DNA from: Candidatus Magasanikbacteria bacterium RIFCSPHIGHO2_01_FULL_33_34
Lineage (GTDB): Bacteria; Patescibacteriota; Patescibacteriia; Magasanikbacterales; UBA922
DNA length: 64,000 bases
Assembly (NCBI GenBank): GCA_001782825.1
Contig: MFPS01000007.1
Location: 148,487-212,486 of the forward strand
Reading direction: 5' to 3'
The position numbers and the translations under genes were made by a program. Within the stretch, counting starts at the first letter, position 1. Every line of letters starts with the position of its first letter. The notes under the pieces are model-generated. The model saw only the letters and a program-made list of their open reading frames with translations, was not told the origin of the DNA and ran no database searches. Positions 18,363 through 30,600 of the stretch are shown one piece after another.

Positions 18363-19595
18363 TTATAATCCCATTTTCTTTCTGATAAATGCTGGTATTT
18401 CCAAATCATCTTGATCAATATCCTCATCTTGTTTTTTTTCTTGCTGTCTACTTTCAATAATATCATCATGAATTATTTCCAATGGTTTTTTTTCAAAAGC
18501 ATCAATAAAATCATCTTCATCTTCTTTTTCTACAACCTTTACATTATTTTTCTTGGTAAAAATACTTGATGGATAAAAAGATTTCTTATTATTATATGGA
18601 GTATTAATATCAATATTGTCCGGCATAGTAGCTTTTCTTTCTCTGTCTTCAAAACCAGTCGCTATCACTGTTACCCGAACATCATCACCCAAACTCTCAT
18701 CTATAACTGTTCCAAAAATTACCCTTACATTTTTATCAGTATTCTCAGTGATAATTTCAGCCGCATCAGACACTTCCTGCATACCCAAATTTGAACCACC
18801 AGATATAGTAAATAATATCCCCTTGGCGCCTTCAATTGATAATTCCAAAAGTGGACTTGATATAGCAGACTTCGCTGCGTCAATTGCTCTATTCTCTCCA
18901 GTACCATGACCAATACCCATCAAAGCTGAACCAGTATCAGACATAATAGATTTAACATCCGCAAAATCAACATTGATCAAACCTGGTACAGTTATCAATT
19001 CAGAAATTCCTTGAACACCTTGCCTCAATACATCATCAACAATCTTGAAAGCTTCAAGCAAAGAAGTTTTCTTGTCAATTATTTGTAACACTCTATCATT
19101 TGGAATAGTAATAATTGTATCAACTTTTCTGGCCAACTCTTCATAAGCTCGATCAGAAATCGCTTTTCTTTGTGGACCTTCAAATCCAAATGGTTTTGTA
19201 ACTACAGCTACAGTCAATGCTCCGACTTCTCGTGCAATTTCAGCAATTACCGGACTAGCCCCAGAACCAGTACCACCACCCAAACCACAAGTAATAAAAA
19301 CCATATTTGAATCTTTTAATGATTCACGAATTTCATTTCTAGATTCTTCAGCACTTCTCTTGCCCATCTCTGGATCCATACCGGCACCAAGACCACGAGT
19401 AACTGTTTTACCAATATGAAGCTTACTTTCAGCACTATTGTGATGCAAAGCTTGTACATCTGTATTCATAGCAACAAAATCTACTCCACGTATATTGGTT
19501 TTTACCATTCTATCAACCGCAGAACCACCTGATCCCCCAACCCCAACAACTTTAATTTTTGCAAATGTCTCAATATCTGGTTTTATTTGTGGCAT
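18363..19595 (-). CDS. ftsZ: Cell division GTPase FtsZ
   Basis: Tubulin signature GGGTGSG (…CGLGGGTGSGASPVIAEI…), full length, acidic C-tail. Confidence 0.95.
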   Translation of the reverse strand: MPQIKPDIETFAKIKVVGVGGSGGSAVDRMVKTNIRGVDFVAMNTDVQALHHNSAESKLHIGKTVTRGLGAGMDPEMGKRSAEESRNEIRESLKDSNMVFITCGLGGGTGSGASPVIAEIAREVGALTVAVVTKPFGFEGPQRKAISDRAYEELARKVDTIITIPNDRVLQIIDKKTSLLEAFKIVDDVLRQGVQGISELITVPGLINVDFADVKSIMSDTGSALMGIGHGTGENRAIDAAKSAISSPLLELSIEGAKGILFTISGGSNLGMQEVSDAAEIITENTDKNVRVIFGTVIDESLGDDVRVTVIATGFEDRERKATMPDNIDINTPYNNKKSFYPSSIFTKKNNVKVVEKEDEDDFIDAFEKKPLEIIHDDIIESRQQEKKQDEDIDQDDLEIPAFIRKKMGL

Positions 19596-19797
19596 ATATT
19601 ATTGATCTAAAATTTGAGTCAATGAAGTATGTATTGAACAAATTTAGTGTTCAAATTTATCTAATTTAAGGTAAAAAACTTCATATCCTTAGTTTATAAC
19701 TAACAAACATTACTGTCAAGAAGAAATATATAGTAACTATGTTAATAAATAAAAAAAGTCCACTTAGACTTTAATAAAAAAATAATTAATAAACAAA

Positions 19798-21057
19798 TTA
19801 AGGGATCAGCCACTTCCCTACTTTTCTAAAAATTAACCAAATTTTGTTGGTCACACCTGATACAATTGACTTTCTTGAATATGACTTATAATTAACATTG
19901 CTACCCCATTTTACAAGACCAACCGCTCCAGCAAAAGTAAGTTCATTTGATTTGGGGGTTATGCTTACCACATCAATCGGATAACCAATAGAAACCGGCA
20001 ATCTAAGCGTACCCCTACCAATATCAACCAAACCTTTTATATTAGCTCCACCACCTGTCAAAATTGCACCGGCTGGCAAAAGACCACTCCGCCCTATGGA
20101 GTGTAATTCACTATCTATCTTTTCTAAAATTTCTACAACTCTAGCATTGATTATTTGAGAAACAAGATACAAAGATACATCTTCACTTTCTCCACTACTA
20201 TTTGTAATTGTTATTTTATCACGTTTATTTATTAATTTTGGATTACAATTTCCATACTTAACTTTTATTTTTTCTGCCATATCAATAGATATGCGCAAAC
20301 CCAAGGACAAATCATGAGTAATATGCTCTGATCCAATTGGTAAAATAGAAGTATGCATTATATCCCCCTCCTCATATACAATAATACTAGTTGTCGAACC
20401 ACCAATACTTGCAACCACGACTCCTAAATCTCTCTGTCTCTTGGTTGTAACAACCTCTCCAACAGCAACTATTGTCAAAACTACATCGTCTATATTTATG
20501 CCAGCGCGATATATAGTCCTATTAACATTTTTTAATTGTGATGAAAGACCATGAATAATTTGAGTATTTACCTCAAGTCGCATACCAGTCATACCAACCG
20601 GATCCTTAATCCCAGACTGACCATCTACAACAAAATTTCGCGGAATGACATGCATTACTTCATAATTTAATGGCGGAGCTACAATTTGGGCAGATTCAAT
20701 TACCCTTAGCATATCATCAGAAGAAATTTCCCCATCAGTTTTTGATACAGAAATCACTCCTCTACTTTCTTGAGATTTCATATCTACACCACCAATACCA
20801 ACCCACGAATGTTCAATATGTAGGCCAATCAATTTTTGAATTTGTTCTAATGCATGAGAAACTGATGAAATAGCCTCTTCTATGCTACTTATAGCCCCTC
20901 TATATATTCCAGTCGCAGGCACCTCTACAGCTCCTATGATTTGTAATTCTTGATTACCTTTTGTATCACTTGAACACTCACCAACTACAACTCTAATAGA
21001 AGTTGATCCAATATCAATACCTGTAATTAATTCACTTTTTCTTTTCCTATTAATCAT
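19798..21057 (-). CDS. ftsA: Cell division protein FtsA (actin-like ATPase)
   Basis: GIDIGSTSIRVVVGE… and C-terminal actin-fold motifs; immediately upstream of ftsZ. Confidence 0.9.
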   Translation of the reverse strand: MINRKRKSELITGIDIGSTSIRVVVGECSSDTKGNQELQIIGAVEVPATGIYRGAISSIEEAISSVSHALEQIQKLIGLHIEHSWVGIGGVDMKSQESRGVISVSKTDGEISSDDMLRVIESAQIVAPPLNYEVMHVIPRNFVVDGQSGIKDPVGMTGMRLEVNTQIIHGLSSQLKNVNRTIYRAGINIDDVVLTIVAVGEVVTTKRQRDLGVVVASIGGSTTSIIVYEEGDIMHTSILPIGSEHITHDLSLGLRISIDMAEKIKVKYGNCNPKLINKRDKITITNSSGESEDVSLYLVSQIINARVVEILEKIDSELHSIGRSGLLPAGAILTGGGANIKGLVDIGRGTLRLPVSIGYPIDVVSITPKSNELTFAGAVGLVKWGSNVNYKSYSRKSIVSGVTNKIWLIFRKVGKWLIP

Positions 21058-21422
21058 AAAATAAACAGATCAACTATATAAGGTAGAAAAATTATTATTC
21101 CAATAAATAATGCAAAAATTGAAGCTAAAAGCACCATTGATGCCATTATATCTTTTACCACAGCAACATGCAAATGCATTCTTGGCTTGACAATATCCAA
21201 AAATTTTTCAATCGCCGTATTCAATAGCTCTAACACCAAAACTAACAAAATTAATAATAAAACTACCACCATTTCCCCTCTTGTCAAATGTAATAATAAC
21301 ATTATTATAACAATAATAAATGATACAAAAATCTGAATTCTAAAATTCTGCTCATGAATATAAACATGTTTTATACCACTATATGCATCTTTTACACTTC
21401 TTAACATTCTTTTATAATCCAT
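21054..21422 (-). CDS. dgkA: Diacylglycerol / undecaprenol kinase (DgkA family)
   Basis: Three TM helices and the ELLNTAIE motif. Confidence 0.8.
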   Translation of the reverse strand: MDYKRMLRSVKDAYSGIKHVYIHEQNFRIQIFVSFIIVIIMLLLHLTRGEMVVVLLLILLVLVLELLNTAIEKFLDIVKPRMHLHVAVVKDIMASMVLLASIFALFIGIIIFLPYIVDLFIL

Positions 21423-21437
21423 AACAAAATAATTAAT

Positions 21438-21869
21438 CTACTTCATCAATAATTTTTTTATTAATTTTTCCTGTAAGCCAAACATATTTTCTTCTTGTTT
21501 TTTTGTTACATGGTCATATCCATTTAAATGCAAAATACCATGTACTAACACTCTAGTAAATTCTTCTTTATATGGAATAGATTGTTTTTTTGCTTGCCTT
21601 TCTACTTGATCAATACTTATAAATATATCCCCAAAATCCTTACTATCAAATACTTTGCCCTCTTGCATTGCAAAAGCTATAACATCAGTAGTCTTATTAA
21701 TACCTCTATAATCTCTATTAATCATTTTCATTCTACGATCTCCAACAAAATTTACACTAATTTCACTATTTATTTTATTTAATTGCCTAAACGTTGTTTC
21801 AATTACAAGTTCAACATACTTTTTAGACAATTTAATAGACCTAACTGACTGGTAGATATTATAAACCAT
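21438..21869 (-). CDS. ybeY: rRNA maturation endoribonuclease YbeY
   Basis: TDVIAFA… and HGILHLNGYDH zinc-binding motif. Confidence 0.85.
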   Translation of the reverse strand: MVYNIYQSVRSIKLSKKYVELVIETTFRQLNKINSEISVNFVGDRRMKMINRDYRGINKTTDVIAFAMQEGKVFDSKDFGDIFISIDQVERQAKKQSIPYKEEFTRVLVHGILHLNGYDHVTKKQEENMFGLQEKLIKKLLMK

Positions 21870-21880
21870 AAATTTATTAA

Positions 21881-22975
21881 TTAAGGTAAAGTTCCAGTAG
21901 TAGAAACTTGGGGCAATTCTTTTTGTCCAGGCAAATCAACAAATACTGCGCTCGGGCGGAAACTCTGATACATCAATTGCATTACATGTCTATATGGCAC
22001 ATCTACTGCATTTCCAGAAGCTTGATATATCATCACAAATACTGAATTTTCATTAGTAAAATAAGCAGTCAAACTATCATTTCTCTTATAACCACTAACT
22101 ACAAATCTATTATTAAATGATGACAAATCAGAAAAACTCTGCCCTTCTATATTCTTGGCAAACCAACTAATAAAATTCTCTTCTGGCATTTTTTTAAATG
22201 ATCTAATCTCAATAAAATCCCCTGTGATTGAACTAAAAATTACATGGTTATTTTCCGTATCAACCCCTGCTACATCCCACACAGTTGGATAATATACCCG
22301 ATACTGCCAGTTTGGATTGATATATTCCCTGACTAAACCAGAATCAATAATTTTAACTGGTGCAAATCCTTTTGGATTATACAAATTAAAAACCTCTTGT
22401 CCATCATAATATCCATCTTTGTCACTATCCCAAATTCCACTATCAGTCCCAAATATTTCTTCTTCTTGATCTGTCAGTGAATCAATATCAATATCAGCGC
22501 TATCTCTCAATAAAATATTTGGAAATACAATCGTATTTTGAAAATCTTTAATTTCTGGTATTGTAACTTCTTCAACAGGTTCTGGAATTTCAACAATTTC
22601 TGGCTCTTTTACAACTGGTTTAGGTACTTCAACCTTTTTTTCTGGTGCTGGTGGCACTACTTTCACAACCTTATTCTCACTATTATCAGACACTTGCCTA
22701 AAATAATAAAAAGAAACACCACCAATAAATAAACATAATATAATTACAGAAATAATTATAATTTTCTTTTTTGAAATAATTGGCAAAGATGTATTTTTAT
22801 TTTTTATTTTCAAATTATTTTGTTTTGTATTTGTAGATATTTTTTTATTTTGTTCATGATAAATAAGTGGATCTTTGCCACCATAAAAAATATCTGGTAT
22901 TACATTAACCTTAATATTTAATTTGTCTTCATCTTTTTTTTTGTCTTTTTTTTTATTATTTTTATTCCAAAACAT
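21881..22975 (-). CDS. Type II (N-in) single-pass membrane protein with Pro-rich linker and TSP3-like Ca-binding motif in the ectodomain
   Basis: K-rich N-terminus, TM IIISVIILCLFIGGVSFYYF, PPAPEKKVEVPKPVVKEPE linker, DSDKDGYYDGQEVFNLYNP motif. Confidence 0.5.
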   Translation of the reverse strand: MFWNKNNKKKDKKKDEDKLNIKVNVIPDIFYGGKDPLIYHEQNKKISTNTKQNNLKIKNKNTSLPIISKKKIIIISVIILCLFIGGVSFYYFRQVSDNSENKVVKVVPPAPEKKVEVPKPVVKEPEIVEIPEPVEEVTIPEIKDFQNTIVFPNILLRDSADIDIDSLTDQEEEIFGTDSGIWDSDKDGYYDGQEVFNLYNPKGFAPVKIIDSGLVREYINPNWQYRVYYPTVWDVAGVDTENNHVIFSSITGDFIEIRSFKKMPEENFISWFAKNIEGQSFSDLSSFNNRFVVSGYKRNDSLTAYFTNENSVFVMIYQASGNAVDVPYRHVMQLMYQSFRPSAVFVDLPGQKELPQVSTTGTLP

Positions 22976-23053
22976 ACATAAATGACTATAGACAATATTA
23001 AATATAATTTACACTACTCATAAATTCTTAAAATAGATTTTACCTTAGGTATA

Positions 23054-23920
23054 TTACTGACCCAAATCAAATATTCTTCCTGGACCTATTGGACTATACC
23101 CATTTTTTACTTCCGCGCCATCTGGAAAACCATCGCCATCGGTATCTGATTTGAGAGGATTACTTTTCCAAACCAAAACTTCGTCACCATCTCCCAAGCC
23201 ATCGTGATCACTATCCCAATTATCAGGATTCAAACCTATTTCCAATTCAATATCATCACTCAAATTATCAGAATCAGTATCAACTGGTTCACCAAATAAT
23301 ACTTCATCTTCCATTATCCTATCCTCTATTCCATCTTGTCCACTGTCTATCATTGAGTCATTAGGATCAACTATATCATCCATAAATATAGCCTCATCAT
23401 TTATATCAGTTACTTCCATTTTTTCATCTTTTGTATCGACTGAATCAAAATCACTTACTTCATCAACTAACGGCGCTGGTGTATCACCTTTGACAAACAA
23501 AGAATAAACCAACCAACTTCCTCCACCTAATATTGCAAACCCAACCAAAATAATAAAAAAAATCATCAGATTTTTTGCAAGCCCCGGACCTTTTATTTTA
23601 TTTAAATCTTCTTTACTTCCTGGCATTATATGTAATTTTGGCTCTTTCGCAAAAATATCCTCACCAAGTGGTGGATTAGTAATTATAGCCCCACTAGTAG
23701 ATTGAGGAATATTTTGTTTAGTTTGTAATTTTCCAACACCTACAGCTGTTTGTATAGGCATAGACGTTGATTTTGGTGATGGAATAGAACTTAATAAATC
23801 AGAAGAATTATCTTTAGCCACTGGAATATCCTCATCAGTACCAGCAAAAATATCTTCAGCTTTACCAACTGGTAAATTAGAAGGTATTTGATTATTGTTT
23901 ATTGGTTGATCATCAAACAT
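23054..23920 (-). CDS. Single-pass membrane protein with acidic ectodomain and C-terminal TSP3-like repeats ending NGYSPIGPG
   Basis: TM LMIFFIILVGFAILGGGSWLVY; DSDHDGLGDGDE…SDTDGDGFPDGAEVKNGYSPIGPGRIFDLGQ. Confidence 0.5.
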   Translation of the reverse strand: MFDDQPINNNQIPSNLPVGKAEDIFAGTDEDIPVAKDNSSDLLSSIPSPKSTSMPIQTAVGVGKLQTKQNIPQSTSGAIITNPPLGEDIFAKEPKLHIMPGSKEDLNKIKGPGLAKNLMIFFIILVGFAILGGGSWLVYSLFVKGDTPAPLVDEVSDFDSVDTKDEKMEVTDINDEAIFMDDIVDPNDSMIDSGQDGIEDRIMEDEVLFGEPVDTDSDNLSDDIELEIGLNPDNWDSDHDGLGDGDEVLVWKSNPLKSDTDGDGFPDGAEVKNGYSPIGPGRIFDLGQ

Positions 23921-23944
23921 ATTTCAAAATTTTAATTTACAATC

Positions 23945-24010
23945 TTAATTGTAAGAATTTAAAACATCATTTATAATTAATGCGATCGTGATTGAAAGTA
24001 TAAACAATGC
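23945..24010. repeat. Apparent empty-site paralogue of the R3 flanks (outer repeat without the inner insert and core)
   Basis: TTGTAAGAATTtAAAACaTcATTTATAATTAA|TGCGaTCgTGATTGAAAGTATAAACAATgCTA, ~90% identical to 18101-18132 plus 18233-18262. Confidence 0.6.
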
Positions 24011-24074
24011 TATTTTATCTTACAAATTAATTAACACTATTCATACACTATTATATAAAATTATTAACAATATT

Positions 24075-24638
24075 TCAAATCTTTCCTGAACCTAAAGGGT
24101 TATATCCATTAGTAATTTCATAACCATCCGAAAAGCCATCCCCATCTGTATCAGATTTAGTCGGGTCAGTTTTATATTCTTCCACTTCTAATTTATCCGA
24201 TATACCATCCCAATCAGTATCAAATTCTGTATTACTTATACCTAATCTTTCTTCTTCAATATCCAAAACACCATCATTATCCAAATCATCATCTTCCAAT
24301 CTCAAAGAGGTAACTCCTATATTTTGTTTTTGTACTTTTTCAATTGGCTTTTTAACTTCCACTTCTACGCTCGTATCCTCTGTCTCACTTATTTTTTTAA
24401 TATCTTTTTTTACAAAAATATTAGTAAAAAAAATTAAATATACTAATATACTTATCAAAATAATGATACCACTAATAATCAAAATCATTTTAAATTTTGA
24501 TTTTCTTTGTGGATAGTCAAGTTCATTGCTATATACATTTTGATCCACTATTTTATTGTCATCTTGATATTCATTCATCTTATATTTAATTAAATTATTA
24601 TAAATATTATGGTTCAATATATGGCGGATCAACCACAT
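24075..24638 (-). CDS. Single-pass membrane protein with TSP3-like Ca-binding repeats ending NGYNPLGSG
   Basis: TM MILIISGIIILISILVYLIFF; DDDLDNDGVLDIEEE…TDWDGISD…SDTDGDGFSDGYEITNGYNPLGSGKI; start overlaps the giant gene's 3' end by 32 nt. Confidence 0.5.
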   Translation of the reverse strand: MWLIRHILNHNIYNNLIKYKMNEYQDDNKIVDQNVYSNELDYPQRKSKFKMILIISGIIILISILVYLIFFTNIFVKKDIKKISETEDTSVEVEVKKPIEKVQKQNIGVTSLRLEDDDLDNDGVLDIEEERLGISNTEFDTDWDGISDKLEVEEYKTDPTKSDTDGDGFSDGYEITNGYNPLGSGKI

Positions 24639-27600
24639 CTATTACACAACGACAGTCTACATTACAAGTTTCAAGCGCATAACAACCAGCATTTGATCCA
24701 TCACATTCTTCACCTGGTGGTTGTATAATTCCATCACCACAATAAGCTGGTGGAAGTATAATCAAAGGCCCACATTCACAATTTGAATAACACTCTTCAA
24801 AGAAACCACAATTTAATGAACTACCATCACATTCCTCATTTGCTTCTCTACTACCATTACCACACACTGCATAGCCATCACAAGTATTAAGACAATTATT
24901 TTGACCTGGAATTGCTGGATCACATATCTCACTTCCATCAATCCTACCATCACCACAAATAGACAATTCACCAATAACTCCACCCGTCTGAATCTGTTCA
25001 GCACTAGTAGCAATTCTATTTAACGGCAATATCTCATAATCACCAGAAGTTGCATCTCTATCTATATTAAACAAATGCCAATATCTCGCTGCAGGATTTG
25101 AACTCTTTAGAGCATCTTCTATAACATAAGTAATATCTGGTCTAAATACAGTCCGGAAAGATTCTGCTCCGGCTGGAGTTTCTCTATATTCATAAACATA
25201 AACTTCCAAATCACTATCATCAAAATATGCCATCGGTACCCCACCGGCCACACTTTGTGCTTCTACAAATACTGCATACGGCCCATAATTCAATAAAGAA
25301 TTTGGCGCAGTATTGAGTGGTATATTTATGGTCATTGATTGTATAAAAGTATCTTCACCCTCATTGATATCATGCATATAAAAACCTTCATTACCAAGCC
25401 CCAATGGCCAAACTGTACAACTTCTGGTTGTATTTGCAAAATTATAGTCAGGAATCCAATAACCACCAACCAGTTCTGTACCGATACAGATCTGTTTTGG
25501 TGTTGCCATATTTCTTTGCATAAACCTATCAGTTCCACCCAAAGTATCATCAGCTGACAAAATACCTAAACCAAAATCTGTACCACCAAATTCTTGTGAT
25601 TCTTCTCTTGTCCATTTAAGCACAACCCTAATTTGTCCTTCTGGTAAAGCAGGAGAAACAATAAAATCATTCACAACAGTATTTAATTCATTATTAACAT
25701 CATAACTATATACAAATTCTGATTCTGGTGATGTTTCTAGACAATTTTCAGTTCCAGCTTGAGGTGTCAAACACATATAATAACTACCATTACAAGCATT
25801 GTCAGCGATAATGCCATTCAATATATCTGTTTCACCCCATGGATAAAATATATTACTAGGTACATACATAACATCAACCAAATCAGGTCCTGCATAAAAT
25901 TGCACTCTATTATTTACAAGAAGTGAACTACCACTATTAGTCAAAAAATATGGTCCATTAGGCTCTGTATAATCTCTAAAATAAAACTTTGCAAACAATC
26001 CATTAGGGTCTGTACCCCATTGCCCACCAGAATAATGCAAACTAATCATCGGATTTAATATTCTCAAACTAGGATCAATGCCACCGCTTGTTAGTCTCTT
26101 ACTTCCACACTGTATACAATTATTATATAAAAATCCACAACTATTTCTACACTCATAATTACCAGTCAAAGTAGTATAAGTCCCATTCTCTAAAGAATAA
26201 TTACCACTTCGTCTGCTACATTGATCTAATTCAAATGTGCCAGAATTTGTCACAATATAAGGATTTGGACAATTTGCACCAACACAATTAGGTCTAACAT
26301 ACTCACAAACCTCAGTTCTAGAACAAAAATTATCAACACAATACCCAGAATTACAATCTGTGTTAGCAGTACAATAACCAAGTGGTTGACAAAAACCTGC
26401 TGGGCTACAATAATTAGAATCACAATCAGCCACTTGAGTAGCAACAGTACACGGATCATTAATATTTCCACTACCACCATAATCTACCAATGAAATAACA
26501 TCAATATTCTCATTACCACAATAAGCATTTGGTTCAATATAAAGTACCTCTCTACAATCCCATGAACAAAAGTTACAGCCTTGGTTGTAACCAGGGACAC
26601 ACTGGACACCATTTATACCATCACCTCTATCACATACTTCACCAGCATCAATATTACTATTACCACAATTACCTAAATCAGGCGTAACATTATCTACAGG
26701 CGCAGAAGCTTCATTTCTACAATTATTTGCACAACCATCTCCGCTAATATTGTTACCATCATCACATTCTTCGGCTGAAGTACATACTCCTGCACTACAA
26801 TTATTTGAAAAACATTGACTATTATTTAAGCAGATTGCACCACTATTACCAGTATGCAAAATTCCATCACCACAACGAGGACCTAATTGTTTACAATTTG
26901 CTGAACAACTATTAGAAGGTAGAGCAAATGTTGGTGGTGTTAAATATGCACCATTGTTAGCTCCTATATCACAATATTCAACTGGTGAACAAACATTCAT
27001 AGCCAAACAATTTCTATTTGTTCCACAACTTGTAACACAAGCATTAGGATTACCGGTACAATTTACATTATTAAATGCGCAATAACTATTTACAACATTA
27101 TCACCACAAAAACTGGCACTAAAAGTACACATAGCCGAACAATTTCCAGGTGTACCATTTAATGCCCCATCATCACATTGTTCTAATCCATCTACCCTAC
27201 CATTACCACACAAAATATCAACATCACAGCCACTATCCTGCCAATTACACGAACTATTACAAACTCTAGCTAAAGTACCCGAAATAGGTACACCATTCAC
27301 ATCTACTGCACAAGCATTTAATGTGTCAACCAATTGGCCAGGAGGATCACACTGTTCAGTACCATTTACAATCCCATTACCACAAGAACCAGACAAAGGT
27401 GATTCTGTACTTCCAGACACACCACACATAGAACCAATCTGAAAATGACTAACATCTATAAATGAACCCAAATCAGACAATCCAAAATATTCTGGACGCC
27501 CATAAATCATATAATCATTTGCTACATCAGGTCTATACTCTAATACTGATGAAACTGCTGGACAAATAAATCTACTATTCACTTCATCCCAACAGGTCTG

Positions 27601-30600
27601 ACTATCTACAGTCACACATACCTCCCCAGCACCAGCACAATCAACATCTGTTGAACAGAGTTGTTCAACTCCATCAACCAGACTACCTGGAACATGACAA
27701 TAATTACAAGTTGTCCAACGATTTATCGGATCAATTCCTACCCCACCACCAATTTCTTGACCCAAATTACCCCAAGATGGCCACAATGAACGAGTTCTAC
27801 CTGGTATATATGTACCAGCACGCAACTGTGGCGCTTCTGAACCAAAATCAACATATCCATTCATGGCTACTTGCGCATTGCGAATAGTAATGAATCTTGA
27901 CCAATCTCTTCTCATCTTTGTCTGATCTGCAGAACACATACCAGTTCCACCACCCAAAGGATTACCCAATAAATCCCTACAATCAAAATCAGTACTACAA
28001 GAAATATCTACCGCATTTTCACAAAACAAATCATTTGAAATATTAGAATTAAATTCCAATGAATTAATCAATTGTTCAAAAACATCATAAGTATTTTGTT
28101 GTGCATTTTCATTTATACTAAATACAAATATATTATTGTATAGCTCACCTAATCCAGGTCTATTAGCTGCCGATATATAATAATTACTACCATTAGTCAT
28201 AGCTTCATAACCATCAACTGAAATTTGATTGAATCCAGTTGGTTCACCAATTTTTCTCCTAAACCATTGAGTTAATGTTTCCTTTTCTAAAATAGTTGGT
28301 GCACTGTCTGTTAGAAAAACTTGCAAACCAATCACATCATCATTTACAGAATTGAAGAATAAAAAGCGTTTCAAATTTTCAGCATCTGGTAAACCAGAAG
28401 CTATATTAAATACAAATGGTCTTAAGTATGGCAAATCGTCTACTACATTACCAACCAAACCACTGTCGGCACAATAACTCATTTCAAAATTAAAGAAATC
28501 TCCATTTACATTACTCGTTCCAAGCATAGTTGAACCATCAAATATTCCAGCAGTCGTACCATCATTATTTCCAACTTCATCTTCAAATGGGAAATAATCT
28601 CTTGGTGGCCAAGGGTTTTCACAAAAAAATGAAACTAATTCGGCTGTGCCTGTAAAGGTTTGTCCAACTTGACTATCTACCAAATCTGTATCCACCAAAA
28701 CAGTTGCATGCGCACCAGCAGTTCTAGAACCCTCAAGTTCTGTAGAAGCTATAATTCTATTTGGGATATTTCCTGTAGTTATTATATCTGGATCAATTGT
28801 AAATAAAGTATCAGCTGATGGAGTCCAAAACCATTCCCAATCATATACACCCGGAATAGGACTAATCAATTGTCCACTGGTTGATTCAACAACAGCTGTA
28901 AAATTATAATCAGTATTTGGTGTATCATAAAAATAACCAGCAGGAATAACATTAATACTATTAATCTTACAAACATCATCTCCAGTTCTGAACATAAAAC
29001 TATCGTCTATTTCTCCAGTTCTAGCCACAACATTATTTAATGGACTTCTAATACCTACACCACGAACATCTTTTATACCATTATTACCCCCTTTTAATAG
29101 CACTGTATAATAAGCATTTTGTTCAAGTAAATTATTGAGATAAAAATCAACTCTACTCTCTATTACATTGCCATCAACATCAGTGGTTTTATTTACCAAT
29201 GGTAAACCACTAAATAAATTCTGTCTGCACCAAGAACCAACAGTAGCGACATTTGTAATAGAAGCTTTAGCCTGACCACCAGTAGCCCAAGTAAAAAAGC
29301 GTTTTATTGTGTTCCAAATATTTATAAAAATAGAATCACTTTTTTTATTATTATTTTCATATGCCAAAGTCCCATCAATATCAGAAGTAATATCTACACA
29401 ATCAACTGGTGGGGCTACCTCATAACCTCTTGCTATCCAAACATTATTCAACAAAGTTGTTTCATTGATATTACCATCAAAAGTCACTGATACTAATGAA
29501 TTCAAACAAACCACATTTGGATCCAATATACCAGCACCATCATAAGGATATTCATCTACTCGTTCTGGTCTATCATAACAACAAGAATTTGATCCTACAC
29601 CCAAAGTATTATTAACATTACCGCGACAATCATTATGATTATTAGCCAAATCTGGTTGTTCATACTCAGTAAAACCACAAGCCAAAGCATAATCTGCCTC
29701 ATCAGATAATTGAGTTTGTTGCGCAGGAATTAAATCTGCTAATTCACCACGAACTCGCACAATATTTGACTCTATCAATGTACTCATCAATTGTGTTCCA
29801 GGATCCAGCAATAACCTAGTGCCAACTGATCTTACAGATTGAACAGGATTTTGACCTGGTATGGCAAAACCAGCCATTTCTGCAACGGTATATTCACACC
29901 AACCATACTCTCCATCACCAACAACACCATCTCCACAAAGTGATGGAATAGTATATCTATCAATTGAAGACCCGTGTAAAGTACAATCTGGTTTACAACC
30001 TTCTTGTGTATTAGGATCACAATAAAATGGAGCTGGAATAACTGAATCACAAATATTTTGTAATAAACAATTTGAAGAACAAAGATTATCAAAATCAGCT
30101 ACAAATATTCCTGGAATTACAGTCCCATTATCACTAGCTGGGACTCCAAAATCTCCATCAAATAAATGAAATTGTCCACCAATTATTTCACACTCTTCTC
30201 CAAATTCTAATTCTCCATTTCCACATTGGCTAACCGCTTGTCTACATTCATCAGTATCCTGCCAAGCTGATCTATCATCACACCATTCTTGTACCAAACC
30301 AGTTCCAATATGTAAACAATTACTAGTACAAGTCCTACCAAGCACCTCTCCATTCAATCCTGGTTCACAATCCTCACCAACTGTAACTTCTGAACCATCA
30401 CAAATAGGTTGACCAGTTGAAGCTTCCTCAATATCTCTAGTTGAACCAATATGTAAACAAGTATTAGAACATCCAACTCGTGTTGATGATGTTAATCCTG
30501 GATCACATTCTTCACCCAAATTTGTTTCTAAAATACTATTTCCACAAGTTGCATTAGTGTTTCCCGGTCGCAAACAATTGATAGAACAAGAGTCACCAGC

